In this document: positions 48,560 to 57,918 of the stretch, piece after piece
How positions within the stretch are numbered: the stretch's first letter is position 1
How the letters are laid out: each line of letters begins with the position of its first letter
Source: an uncultured Candidatus Saccharibacteria bacterium
Lineage (GTDB): Bacteria > Patescibacteriota > Minisyncoccia > Phycocordibacterales > UBA1006
Reading direction: 5' to 3'
Length of the DNA stretch: 64,000 nucleotides
NCBI GenBank assembly: GCA_964464735.1
Contig: CAYXKF010000004.1
Location: forward strand, 3,929-67,928
Translations under genes and position numbers: made by a program
The notes under the pieces: model-generated
Database searches by the model: none
The model's input: the letters and a program-made list of their open reading frames with translations, nothing else
What the model was told of the DNA's origin: nothing

Positions 48560-51082
48560 TTAATCTTCAACTGTTTCAATAAAAGTGTATCCCTGCTTAA
48601 GATATTCGTCGGCTTTTTTCGCCTTAACAATTACTTCGTTGTCACCTTTTTTCAGCCTTACTTTTTGATTGCGCTCGATCGAATCAGGAAGGTTTTGATA
48701 TGTGCCAGCAAACATCGCTGAGCTTACCAAAGTTTCTTTGCGATCAGCATCCGATGTTAAAAATCGGTCTTTAATAAATGCAAAGGTTCGGGCATACAAT
48801 TCGTCTTCGAGGATACGGTATGTAATAAGACTTTCTTTTTTATATTCGACTAACGGTTCCTTGTGGCCGTATGCACGCAATTGCACCGACTGGCGCACTT
48901 GGTTCATGCCTTCCAGATGATCCATCCACAAGCGGTCAAGCGTGCGCAAGACAACCGGATGCATTTCGTTAATATAGGTATCAAGCCCAACTTCCTGTAT
49001 TGATGCATCAAGGGCTTCGGCAGAATCAGGAAAACGGTTTTTTAGTTCGGTAATAAATTCTTCGTAAGCGGCTTGCTCGTCAAGCAACAATGCGCGGCGC
49101 TTGCCGTACACCAACCGGCGGTGAAACGACAACACATCGTCAAACGAGAGTACATGCTTGCGGGCATCAAAGTTAAATCCTTCGATTCGCTTTTGTGCGG
49201 TCTCGATGGCCTTACTGAAAAACGCGACTTGGATCGATTGCTCTTCGGGAAAATCCATTTTGGCAAGCATTTTTTGCGTACCCACATTATCGCCAAAAAC
49301 GGTTAACAAATGGTCTTCAAGTGAAACGAAAAATTGCGTTTCACCCGGGTCGCCCTGACGACCTGATCGCCCGCGCAACTGGTTATCGATACGCCGCGCT
49401 TCGTGGCGTTCGGTACCAACGACAAATAATCCACCTAAATTTTTAACTTCATGTTCCTCGTCGGCAGTTGCTGGGCTTCCCCCAAGCTTAATGTCGACAC
49501 CACGGCCAGCCATATTGGTTGCAATAGTTACCGCACCCTTGCGGCCTGCCTGCGCAATGGTTTCGCTTTCGGTATCGTGATTTTTTGCGTTCAATACCTG
49601 GTGAGGAATCCCTTCTTGATTCAAGTATGCCGAAAGTAATTCGTTTTTATCGATCGATGCGGTACCAATTAAAACTGGCTGGCCTTTTTCGTGCAGTTCT
49701 TTTACTTTTTTTGCGATCGCCTTAAACTTGCCGCGCTCGTTGATGAAAATAAGATCGTTATTGTCGATGCGCGCCAATGGGCGGTGTGTTGGCACTTGTA
49801 CGACATCTAAATTGTATACGGTATGAAATTCTTCGGCCGAAGTTTGTGCAGTACCGGTCATACCCGCAAGGTTTTCGTACATCTTAAAATAGTTTTGGTA
49901 CGTGATTGATGCAATTGTGCGCGCTTCGGCCTTGATTGGTAGCCCTTCTTTGGCTTCGACCGCCTGGTGCATGCCGTCAGACCAGCGCGAAGATTCCTTC
50001 ATGCGGCCGGTAAATTCGTCGATGATCACGACTGTGTCGCCGCGTACAATATATTCTTTATCCTTACGGAACAGCGCCTTGGCACGCACTGCGTTTTCAA
50101 GGTGATGCACATAATGGATATTTTGCGCAGTGTATAAATTAGTGATCCCAAGTTGCGCTTCGGCAAAATCGATACCATCGTTGGTCAGCTCGACTGCACG
50201 GTGCTTTTCGTCTTTGGTAAAATGTGTTCCCTCGACCATGCGACCGGCAATTGATGCAAACGTACGATACAAGTCTTGCGGTTCGTCGATTTGCGCTGAA
50301 AGGATCAACGGCACGCGCGCTTCGTCAATTAAGATGCTGTCAACTTCGTCGACCAATGCAAAATAATGTCCGCGCTGCACACACTGTGCAATTGCTTGTG
50401 CTGTATTATCACGCAAATAATCGAAACCGAATTCGCTGTTTGTGCCATACGTGATATCACACGCATAGGCAGCAGTACGATCCGATGGACGCAAAAAACT
50501 TTCGGCAACGCGAAACGCACCGGTCGTATCACGGTTCTCATCAAGAATTTCTGATTCAGGAGTTTCAACTGAAGACTCGTTATAGACATATGATTGACGA
50601 TTGTCGTTAATGACACCAACGCTCATTCCCAAAAAGCCATACACTTGCCCCATAATAGACGCGTCGCGTCGCGCAAGGTAATCGTTTACCGTTACGACAT
50701 GCACGCCTTTGCCCGCTAATGCATGTAGATACACCGGCAACGTTGCAACCAACGTCTTTCCTTCTCCAGTTTTCATTTCAGAAATATTGCGATGAAAAAG
50801 CGCCATGCCTCCAATCAGCTGTACGTCATAGTGGCGTTGGCCAAGCGTGCGCTTTGAGGCTTCGCGAACCGCGGCATAGGCTTCGGGCAAAATTGACTCA
50901 AGTGTTTCGCCGGCTGCAATGCGTTCTTTAAATTCGTTGGTCTTGGCACGCACTTCATTATCCGAAAGCGCCTCGAAGCTTGGCTCAAGCGCATTTATTT
51001 TTTCGACGGTGTGACGGGCAGCCTTTAAAAACGACACCGAGGCATCGGGAAAAAGCGCCTTTTTTACGTAATTGAATACCAT
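48560..51082 (-). CDS. secA: preprotein translocase SecA
   Basis: EMKTGEGKT, VTVNDYLA, DEVDSILIDEAR, ATNMAGRG, QLRGRSGRQGDPG. Confidence 0.98.
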   Translation of the reverse strand: MVFNYVKKALFPDASVSFLKAARHTVEKINALEPSFEALSDNEVRAKTNEFKERIAAGETLESILPEAYAAVREASKRTLGQRHYDVQLIGGMALFHRNISEMKTGEGKTLVATLPVYLHALAGKGVHVVTVNDYLARRDASIMGQVYGFLGMSVGVINDNRQSYVYNESSVETPESEILDENRDTTGAFRVAESFLRPSDRTAAYACDITYGTNSEFGFDYLRDNTAQAIAQCVQRGHYFALVDEVDSILIDEARVPLILSAQIDEPQDLYRTFASIAGRMVEGTHFTKDEKHRAVELTNDGIDFAEAQLGITNLYTAQNIHYVHHLENAVRAKALFRKDKEYIVRGDTVVIIDEFTGRMKESSRWSDGMHQAVEAKEGLPIKAEARTIASITYQNYFKMYENLAGMTGTAQTSAEEFHTVYNLDVVQVPTHRPLARIDNNDLIFINERGKFKAIAKKVKELHEKGQPVLIGTASIDKNELLSAYLNQEGIPHQVLNAKNHDTESETIAQAGRKGAVTIATNMAGRGVDIKLGGSPATADEEHEVKNLGGLFVVGTERHEARRIDNQLRGRSGRQGDPGETQFFVSLEDHLLTVFGDNVGTQKMLAKMDFPEEQSIQVAFFSKAIETAQKRIEGFNFDARKHVLSFDDVLSFHRRLVYGKRRALLLDEQAAYEEFITELKNRFPDSAEALDASIQEVGLDTYINEMHPVVLRTLDRLWMDHLEGMNQVRQSVQLRAYGHKEPLVEYKKESLITYRILEDELYARTFAFIKDRFLTSDADRKETLVSSAMFAGTYQNLPDSIERNQKVRLKKGDNEVIVKAKKADEYLKQGYTFIETVED

Positions 51083-51209
51083 ATTAGTCGAGCATACCAC
51101 GCATATAAGCAATTACAATATTGCCAAATGGGGCTTTTGAATTCGATTTATAATACATGCACAGCGCTTGTTGGAAGCCTAAATATGTATTACAATGAGT
51201 GTTCGACCG

Positions 51210-51294
51210 AAAAGCCCCTTCTAGGATCAGCGATCGCACTCACATAGGACGTTTGTTGTGGAGCTCGCCATCGCTGATCACTTGAGGGGGTTTT
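51210..51294. ncRNA. candidate structured RNA (long irregular hairpin)
   Basis: AAAAGCCCCT..GATCAGCGAT...ATCGCTGATC..AGGGGGTTTT. Confidence 0.35.
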
Positions 51295-51355
51295 TATATG
51301 CATCATTTTTTGTGTATGCTATACTGCCCATTATTTGTAAGCATAATGTATAGAT

Positions 51356-51793
51356 ATGAATCAAATCATGTGTTCGGATAAAGTGTGTTTTAAAAGCGCG
51401 GCATTAATATTACGCTTGGCAGTCGGCGCGCTATTTTTGTATTCGGGGATTGTTAAGATCGCCAACATGGAAATGATCGTCGGCTTTTTTGCTTCGATGG
51501 GGCTTTCTGCCGTCATTGCATGGCTAGTAACCCTAGGCGAGATTTTTGCCGGAGCAGCATTGATCGCAGGCATATTTACCCGTATCGCGTCAGCAATCGT
51601 GGTTATCATCATGATCGGCGCAACTATTTTAACCGCAAAGGCAACTGGCTTTAACAGCGCCATCCCAACACTATTCTACATTTTTGCAGGCGTATCGCTT
51701 TTCTTAAGCGGACCTGGACTGTTTGCACTTGCAAACGTGTTTGGCAAAAAGTGCGACTGCGACTGTGCAGAGGGCACGTGCGAGACGAAATAA
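51356..51793 (+). CDS. DoxX family membrane protein
   Basis: LILRLAVGALFLYSGIVKI, GIFTRIAS, GPGLFAL. Confidence 0.88.
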   Translation: MNQIMCSDKVCFKSAALILRLAVGALFLYSGIVKIANMEMIVGFFASMGLSAVIAWLVTLGEIFAGAALIAGIFTRIASAIVVIIMIGATILTAKATGFNSAIPTLFYIFAGVSLFLSGPGLFALANVFGKKCDCDCAEGTCETK

Positions 51794-51804
51794 TTTTTCA
51801 TCGC

Positions 51805-51840
51805 AAACAAAAAAACCGGCATTCGCCGGTTTTTTTGTTT
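51805..51840. terminator. bidirectional intrinsic terminator
   Basis: AAACAAAAAAACCGGC-ATTC-GCCGGTTTTTTTGTTT. Confidence 0.85.
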
Positions 51841-51849
51841 TAGGGCTAC

Positions 51850-52176
51850 TTAGTAGCGGTTACCGCCACGGAATCCTCCGCCGCCGTTACCACCACGATT
51901 GCCACCGCGGAATCCTCCACCATTTTGTTCTGGTGGGCGAGCTTCGCTGACGTTGATGGTTCGGCCATCAAGTTCAGTTCCGTTCAAAGAAGAAATTGCC
52001 TTTTGAGCTTCTTCAGGAGTGCTCATTTCAACGAAACCGAATCCGCGTGAGCGTCCAGTTTCGCGATCAGTTACAACGCGAGCAGAAGTTACGTTTCCGT
52101 AAGCTGCAAATGCTTCTTGTAATAGCTGATCAGAGGTATTCCAAGAAATACCGCCAACATATAGTCGAGTAGACAT
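51850..52176 (-). CDS. RRM RNA-binding protein with a Gly/Arg-rich tail
   Basis: RNP2 LYVGGI, RNP1 RGFGFVEM, RGG tail. Confidence 0.96.
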   Translation of the reverse strand: MSTRLYVGGISWNTSDQLLQEAFAAYGNVTSARVVTDRETGRSRGFGFVEMSTPEEAQKAISSLNGTELDGRTINVSEARPPEQNGGGFRGGNRGGNGGGGFRGGNRY

Positions 52177-52460
52177 GATGTTACAGATAGATTAACTAAA
52201 AAAGTCTGTAAGCTGACCTTCTGTGCTTGCTTACAGAGTGCAAAAACACGAGAAAACTTACAGGTCTTAGTCTACCACGAAAAGCGACTCATAAGCAAGC
52301 CAGTGCGGCCAGGTTAATAAAATCATTGTTTGAGTCCTGAAACCAAAGGCGTAAAACAAATACAAATTGAGGACTTATGAAAAAGAAGCGTATCCTTACC
52401 ACTGGACTTTAGACAGAATATTTATACTTGTTTTTATTGAGTAAAAAAGAAAATCTTATT

Positions 52461-52548
52461 TGGCGGAAGCGGAGAGATTCGAACTCTCGATACCTTGCGG
52501 TATGCCGGTTTTCGAAACCGGTGCGTTAGACCACTCTGCCACGCTTCC
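52461..52548 (-). tRNA. tRNA-Ser(CGA)
   Basis: GGAAGCG acceptor, anticodon arm CCGGT-TTCGAAA-ACCGG, long variable arm, GTTCGAATC, encoded CCA. Confidence 0.97.
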
Positions 52549-52591
52549 GTATATTTTGCCATCATACAAAATATGCTACAATCCGCAACAT

Positions 52592-53518
52592 ATGGAAATC
52601 GGGATCATTATAATTACCGTCCTAGGCTTATGCCTTTTCGAGATCGTAAACTCGATCGACAACGCGATCATCAATGCCGAAGTGTTGGGCACTATGGGCC
52701 CCAAGGGTCGCCGGTGGTTTTTACTATGGGGATTCATCATTGCAGTATTTGCCGTACGCGGTTTGCTGCCATGGCTTATTGTTTGGCTTTCAACTCCTGG
52801 GGTTGGCCCTATTCAGGCATTACTTGCAACATTTAGCAACGACCCAAGCGTCATGGCGGCGGTCGAAGCGGCTGCACCGCCCCTATTGGCCGGAGGTGGG
52901 ATCTTTTTGCTTTTCTTGTTTTTACACTGGCTCTTTCTTGAACAAAAAAATTACGGCCTTTTTCACGAACCATTTTTTACCCGTCAAAGCGTATGGTTTT
53001 ATGCCGTGGTATCAGCGCTTCTTGCCGTAATTGTCTGGCTTGGCCTTAAGCAAAGCCCTGGGCTTGCCTTTGGCGCCGTCATCGGCTCGACCGCGTTCTT
53101 TATCGTCCACGGGTTCAAGCAAAACGCCGAAAAGGCCGAGGAACAATTGCTACATGGTTCGTATTCGGATATTAGCAAAATTCTGTATCTTGAAATCATC
53201 GACGCGACATTCTCGATCGACGGCGTACTAGGAGCATTCGCCTTTACCATGTCGGTACCATTGATCATTCTAGGAAACGGCCTTGGTGCGTGGGTTTTAC
53301 GAAAACTGACCATGCAAAATATCGAGAGCATCAAAAAATATCTTTACCTAAAAAACGGGGCCATGTACTCATTACTAGCGTTGGGAACAATCATGCTAAT
53401 CGACGCCTTTGGGCACCATATTCCGGCGTGGGTTTCGCCGATAATTACGTTTAGTATCATTGGATATTTCTTCTGGCGTTCAAAGCGCGCAATAAAAAAA
53501 CAGGAGTCCGCATCTTAA
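52592..53518 (+). CDS. DUF475 (TerC-like) membrane protein
   Basis: EIVNSIDNAIINA, LYLEIIDATFSIDGVLGAFA, YLKNGAMYS; start moved to ATG 52592 (the longer ORF overlaps the tRNA). Confidence 0.88.
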   Translation: MEIGIIIITVLGLCLFEIVNSIDNAIINAEVLGTMGPKGRRWFLLWGFIIAVFAVRGLLPWLIVWLSTPGVGPIQALLATFSNDPSVMAAVEAAAPPLLAGGGIFLLFLFLHWLFLEQKNYGLFHEPFFTRQSVWFYAVVSALLAVIVWLGLKQSPGLAFGAVIGSTAFFIVHGFKQNAEKAEEQLLHGSYSDISKILYLEIIDATFSIDGVLGAFAFTMSVPLIILGNGLGAWVLRKLTMQNIESIKKYLYLKNGAMYSLLALGTIMLIDAFGHHIPAWVSPIITFSIIGYFFWRSKRAIKKQESAS

Positions 53519-53558
53519 TCGACACGAACTCCCTAACGCCTGGCAGCATTATTAAAAG

Positions 53559-53771
53559 TTACTCTCCATTTTCTGTCTTAGGTTTTTCTCCTTTTTCGCA
53601 GCCATATAAAAATTTGTGAGCCGACATTGGAAGTTCTCCGGCATCATTATTGGGCGTCGAGGAATCCTCGTCGCGGTTTGCGTCTTGAGACGTTTTGCCG
53701 CCAAACAAGTTCCAGGTCAGACGCTCATCACCTAAATACTTTGGCAAATAATCATTGTTTACATTATCCAT
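53559..53771 (-). CDS. small hypothetical protein
   Basis: 70-aa ATG ORF filling the intergenic gap. Confidence 0.4.
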   Translation of the reverse strand: MDNVNNDYLPKYLGDERLTWNLFGGKTSQDANRDEDSSTPNNDAGELPMSAHKFLYGCEKGEKPKTENGE

Positions 53772-53841
53772 GGTATCTCACTTTTTGGGTTCAACAAATT
53801 AAAAAACAAAGGTGTGTTAATTTAATTGTACTAAATATCTT

Positions 53842-54207
53842 TTACCTGTCAATATCCCGCACCACATCCTCGACTTTCGTCTTAATGCGGGTCACATGCG
53901 GACGCGCCATATTTTCACCATGCGTAAGCAATTTGTTTATGATGACCCCGAACACATATGCTGGAACACCAAACACGATTCCGATTACTAAAAAGATCCA
54001 AAAAAACACTTTGGCAACACCCGATGCGTGAACAATAAGATGGGTGAATCCCATAATGCCAAGCAAAATCACAATGACTGCGTAAATAATTACCGGCAAC
54101 AAAATAACACCCAGCATGGTTTCGCGGGCTTGCTCAAAAGCAAAGCCGGTTGGGTCTTTGATTCCTTTTTTTGTATCACGGTATATCTTAAAAGCGCGCA
54201 AAATCAT
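53842..54207 (-). CDS. hypothetical membrane protein
   Basis: two TM helices; TGCTATACT 6 nt upstream of the ATG. Confidence 0.7.
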   Translation of the reverse strand: MILRAFKIYRDTKKGIKDPTGFAFEQARETMLGVILLPVIIYAVIVILLGIMGFTHLIVHASGVAKVFFWIFLVIGIVFGVPAYVFGVIINKLLTHGENMARPHVTRIKTKVEDVVRDIDR

Positions 54208-54222
54208 GATGAAAGTATAGCA

Positions 54223-54252
54223 CAAAAAACCGGCACAGGGCCGGTTTTTTTG
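54223..54252 (-). terminator. intrinsic terminator
   Basis: CAAAAAACCGGC-ACAGG-GCCGGTTTTTTTG. Confidence 0.75.
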
Positions 54253-54268
54253 AATAGCAAAGTTGATG

Positions 54269-54652
54269 TTAAACTGTCATCATCCAAGGAATCGCAAGCG
54301 CGATGATCATCAGCATTGCACCCATAAGCGCAAAGTTTTTATTGAAGTTGATCATTTCGCTCATCTTTTGCATTGGGTCGGTAGCGCTCCAAAAACGGTG
54401 CATTGTTAGGGTCATGACCAGCATCGTTGCAATTAAGATCCACAGGCCAACTTGCGGCATGAACCCAAGCAAAACTGAAAGCCCGCCAAGCAGCATGGTG
54501 ATACCGCTGACAATGACACCTGCCTTTGCCATTGGTATGCCCTTAGATTGCGCATAGCCGGTCAAATTACCAAGGTGCGCAAAGTGGTTATAGCCCGAAT
54601 AAATAAAGTAGCCTCCTAATATGATTCGTCCGATAAGAAAAAGTACTGGCAT
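54269..54652 (-). CDS. DoxX family membrane protein
   Basis: GRIILGGYFIYSGYNHF, MHRFW, FNKNFALMGA. Confidence 0.9.
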   Translation of the reverse strand: MPVLFLIGRIILGGYFIYSGYNHFAHLGNLTGYAQSKGIPMAKAGVIVSGITMLLGGLSVLLGFMPQVGLWILIATMLVMTLTMHRFWSATDPMQKMSEMINFNKNFALMGAMLMIIALAIPWMMTV

Positions 54653-54690
54653 ATAATTAAAAATATTTAGCGGTTAATACCCTTATTTTA

Positions 54691-55437
54691 CTACGCTTCA
54701 ATGCGATTGAAAAGCACCGTAGCAATGGCCAAAATAACGACGGTTGCAATAGTAAGGATCAGCAAATCGAGGCCTAGGTTAAACGAATATCCACCAGTAA
54801 GCGGCCCGCGAATCGCATCAATACCGTACGAAAGCGGGTTAAGCTTGATCACCGTTGCCAAACCTTTAGGCAAACCCGCAAGTGGAAACAGTGCGCCTGA
54901 CAAAAAGAATAACGGCATCATAATAAAATTCATGATAATCGGAAACGCCTGCATGTCGCGCATATTAACGGCTATTGCGGTACCTAGTGCGGTAAAAAAG
55001 ACTGCGATCAAAAACATCACCACCAATACCAGCGGTAATGCTGCCCAATTAATAGGATGAAACCCCGCAAGCAACGCAATAATAAAGACTGCGATTCCCT
55101 GGAATAATGCAATGGTTGCACCGCCCAGTGTACGACCTAACGCAATATTCCAGCGCGATACCGGTGCCACTAAGGTTTCTTTTAAAAATCCAAACTGGCG
55201 ATCCCAAATGACCTCGATACCAGCAAACATCGCCGAAAAAATGATCCCCATACCAATGATACCCGGTGCCAAAAAATCAATGTAGTCCCCCTGACCTGCT
55301 TTTGCAAAGACCGGCCCAAAACCAAAACCGAACGCAAGCAAGAAAAGAAGCGGTTGCCCAAGCGATCCAATGATGCGCGCCTTCGAGCGCCAGTATTTTT
55401 TAATTTGTCGTAACCATAAAATGTATATTGCGGCCAT
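54691..55437 (-). CDS. ABC-2 type permease
   Basis: FLAPGII, DRQFGFLKETLVAPVSR, PLFFLSGALFP, NPLSYGID. Confidence 0.93.
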   Translation of the reverse strand: MAAIYILWLRQIKKYWRSKARIIGSLGQPLLFLLAFGFGFGPVFAKAGQGDYIDFLAPGIIGMGIIFSAMFAGIEVIWDRQFGFLKETLVAPVSRWNIALGRTLGGATIALFQGIAVFIIALLAGFHPINWAALPLVLVVMFLIAVFFTALGTAIAVNMRDMQAFPIIMNFIMMPLFFLSGALFPLAGLPKGLATVIKLNPLSYGIDAIRGPLTGGYSFNLGLDLLILTIATVVILAIATVLFNRIEA

Positions 55438-55449
55438 AAAGTTAAAAAA

Positions 55450-56247
55450 TTATCTTTTACCCCACGCACGTGCATGCTGTCGTAATTGGTCGACCGAACC
55501 AGCCTCTTCATCACGAATACCGTGGCCGGTAAGTTCCAAAAATGCATCTTCAAGATTTTCTTTATTTGCCCTGGTAATCAGTTCGGCGGGAGTACCCGAA
55601 GCAATAATGGTGCCGTGGTCAATAATGGCAATTTTGGTTGCCATACGCGCTGCTTCTTCCATATAGTGCGTCGTAAAAAATATTGTCATGCCATTTTCTT
55701 GGTTAAGTTTTTTGATGTAATCCCACATGTGGTTGCGGGTCTGCGGATCAAGGCCAAGCGTCGGTTCATCCAAAAACAAAATGCGCGGTTCGTGCAAAAG
55801 CCCGCGTGCAATCTCAAGCCGGCGCTTCATCCCGCCAGAATAGTTGCGAACCAAATCTTGTTGCCGGTCAGCAAGGTCAACCAGTTCGAATAGTTGCTGG
55901 ATTTTTCGCTTGCGAACACTTTTTGGCACACCATACAGCGCACCATGGAAATCCATATTTTCATACGCTGTTAAATCATCATCAAGGCTTGAGTCTTGGA
56001 AAACGATACCAAAGAGCTTGCGTATTGCAGCCTTATCGCTCTCTATTGATGCACCGCCAAGCGTTACTTCGCCAGATGTTTTTTCAAGCAGCGTTGTTAG
56101 CACTTTGATAGTCGTTGATTTTCCAGCACCATTGGGGCCAAGAAAACCAAAAATCTGCCCGACCGGTACGCTAAACGAAATACCTTTTACGGCTTCGAAG
56201 TCACCAAACTTCACTGATAAACTTTTTACATCGATAATATTTTCCAT
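55450..56247 (-). CDS. ABC transporter ATP-binding protein (DrrA-like)
   Basis: GPNGAGKST, YSGGMKRR, LDEPTLGLD, TTHYMEEA. Confidence 0.95.
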   Translation of the reverse strand: MENIIDVKSLSVKFGDFEAVKGISFSVPVGQIFGFLGPNGAGKSTTIKVLTTLLEKTSGEVTLGGASIESDKAAIRKLFGIVFQDSSLDDDLTAYENMDFHGALYGVPKSVRKRKIQQLFELVDLADRQQDLVRNYSGGMKRRLEIARGLLHEPRILFLDEPTLGLDPQTRNHMWDYIKKLNQENGMTIFFTTHYMEEAARMATKIAIIDHGTIIASGTPAELITRANKENLEDAFLELTGHGIRDEEAGSVDQLRQHARAWGKR

Positions 56248-56292
56248 AATGAATTTTCAGTATACGCTTCGAATAAGGATCAGGCAAACAAG

Positions 56293-56568
56293 TTACCGTA
56301 TCGCCCCTTCGGCTTTTAGTTTTCGCAATTTTTCGCTTTGCCCTCCACGATTATAATTACCAATAACACCGTCGCTTCGGATAACACGATGGCATGGCAC
56401 TGTGGGGCTATAGTTTTGCTTCATGATTGAACCGACTGCTCGAGCCGCATCAGGACTTCCCGCTTTTGCAGCAACCTGCTTATAGGTCATAACCTTCCCC
56501 TTTGGAATACCAGCGACAATAGTAAGTACTTTATCGCGAAATGATGTGGTGTTTTTTGGAACTTTCAC
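56293..56568 (-). CDS. MGMT family DNA alkyltransferase (C-terminal domain only)
   Basis: IPKGKVMTY, ARAVG, PCHRV; probable GTG start 6 nt after TGCTATAGT. Confidence 0.88.
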   Translation of the reverse strand: MKVPKNTTSFRDKVLTIVAGIPKGKVMTYKQVAAKAGSPDAARAVGSIMKQNYSPTVPCHRVIRSDGVIGNYNRGGQSEKLRKLKAEGAIR

Positions 56569-56579
56569 AACTCCACTAT

Positions 56580-56609
56580 AGCACAAAACCCCGAACGGGG
56601 TTTTGTGCT
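56580..56609 (-). terminator. intrinsic terminator
   Basis: AGCACAAAACCCC-GAAC-GGGGTTTTGTGCT. Confidence 0.8.
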
Positions 56610-56625
56610 TCTAAAGTATGCAATT

Positions 56626-57774
56626 TTATCTTCGTCCCTTACCATCATGATCGTCTTTATCATCCCAGTCATGTCTGCGGTCAAAGAAGTCACGTGAATA
56701 GATGTACCACTTGGTATAAATGCGTGGATCTTCGGGATCAGTGGTAAATGATCGGCGTGATGAAACAAAGCGGTTTCCTGACGCGTCTTCGGATATCACA
56801 CGATAGGTATATTCGGTATCTGATACAAGACCAGTAATGCTGATCACATGCGAACGGGTTAGATCATCATCGATGATACGGTCTTCATCCCCATATTCAG
56901 ATTCGTACAACACTTCAGTTGTAGCCGGTTCGTTCGTGTTCCAGCTGATTGTTACGCTATGCGAACCAACCTGGTCGATATGGATATCAGTTATAACTGG
57001 GTCATCATTATCATCATCGCGGCGTGTCGTAAATATTCGGTCGGACGATGTTGTTACATTGCCATCCGAATCACGCACCGAAATGCTGTAATGATAAGTC
57101 GTATTATCGTTTAAGCCCGAGAGCGTAACCGAATGGTCATCATTCATTGCACTGCGACTTGAAGTATTTCCATAACTGTCGGTTCGTCCATACGATACTA
57201 CGCCGCTGGTATCTTCGTCAGTATGCCACGATATGACTGCGCTTGAGTCACTAATCGAACCGACACTGATATCCGAGATGTCAGGATCTCCCGCACGGTC
57301 TTCGCTGGTAGTGCGAAAGGTCGATCGTGCCGATACTGCCTTGTTACCAAAGAAATCCCATGCAATTACCTGATATCGATACCGGGTATCTTTATCCAAA
57401 CCACTTAAACGCACGCTGTGTTCGGTTTTTAATGACGATTTATAACCGCTTGATTCATCAAGCTCGTCTACGCCATAAATAATTTCGGACGCACTGCGTT
57501 CATTTGTCTTCCATGTAATAACCACACTACTGTCGCTTTGGCGCTGTACTTGGATGTCAGAAATAACCGGTGCTTTCGTATCAGCCACGCATCGCTTTAG
57601 TATACCTTTATGGTTGCCATTGCCACGCGAGCTTGCAAATAGCAATCCAAACGGCACACGACACAACTTTACTTCGGCCGAAACCGATGCATTTTGCGCA
57701 TAAGCTGGGATTGCAGCTACTGGTGCAATAAAGCTGGTAATTAATAGAATGCTTAGTAGAAATGTTCTTTTCAT
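56626..57774 (-). CDS. secreted protein with three fibronectin type III-like repeats
   Basis: signal peptide; 3x P.I.DI......S..I.W.T.E......Y.....H...L.GL...T.Y.Y...S.D..GN......F.T. Confidence 0.85.
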   Translation of the reverse strand: MKRTFLLSILLITSFIAPVAAIPAYAQNASVSAEVKLCRVPFGLLFASSRGNGNHKGILKRCVADTKAPVISDIQVQRQSDSSVVITWKTNERSASEIIYGVDELDESSGYKSSLKTEHSVRLSGLDKDTRYRYQVIAWDFFGNKAVSARSTFRTTSEDRAGDPDISDISVGSISDSSAVISWHTDEDTSGVVSYGRTDSYGNTSSRSAMNDDHSVTLSGLNDNTTYHYSISVRDSDGNVTTSSDRIFTTRRDDDNDDPVITDIHIDQVGSHSVTISWNTNEPATTEVLYESEYGDEDRIIDDDLTRSHVISITGLVSDTEYTYRVISEDASGNRFVSSRRSFTTDPEDPRIYTKWYIYSRDFFDRRHDWDDKDDHDGKGRR

Positions 57775-57918
57775 ATACTTATACGGCGTCAAAGTTATTG
57801 CTAACATGACGCGAGTTAAATCTAATAAGGACCTTTCCTTTAATGATGACGAATGAAAAAGAACCTGGTTACAGGCAATATCATTACGATACAGTATTTA
57901 AAATGGGCAAGTTTTGCA

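Noticed and set aside
52280-52460. Genomic island integrated at tRNA-Ser(CGA)
   Set aside because: No integrase and no duplicated tRNA 3' end seen
52460-52591. N-terminal extension of the DUF475 ORF
   Set aside because: It is the antisense of tRNA-Ser(CGA); a better ATG with a -10 element lies at 52592
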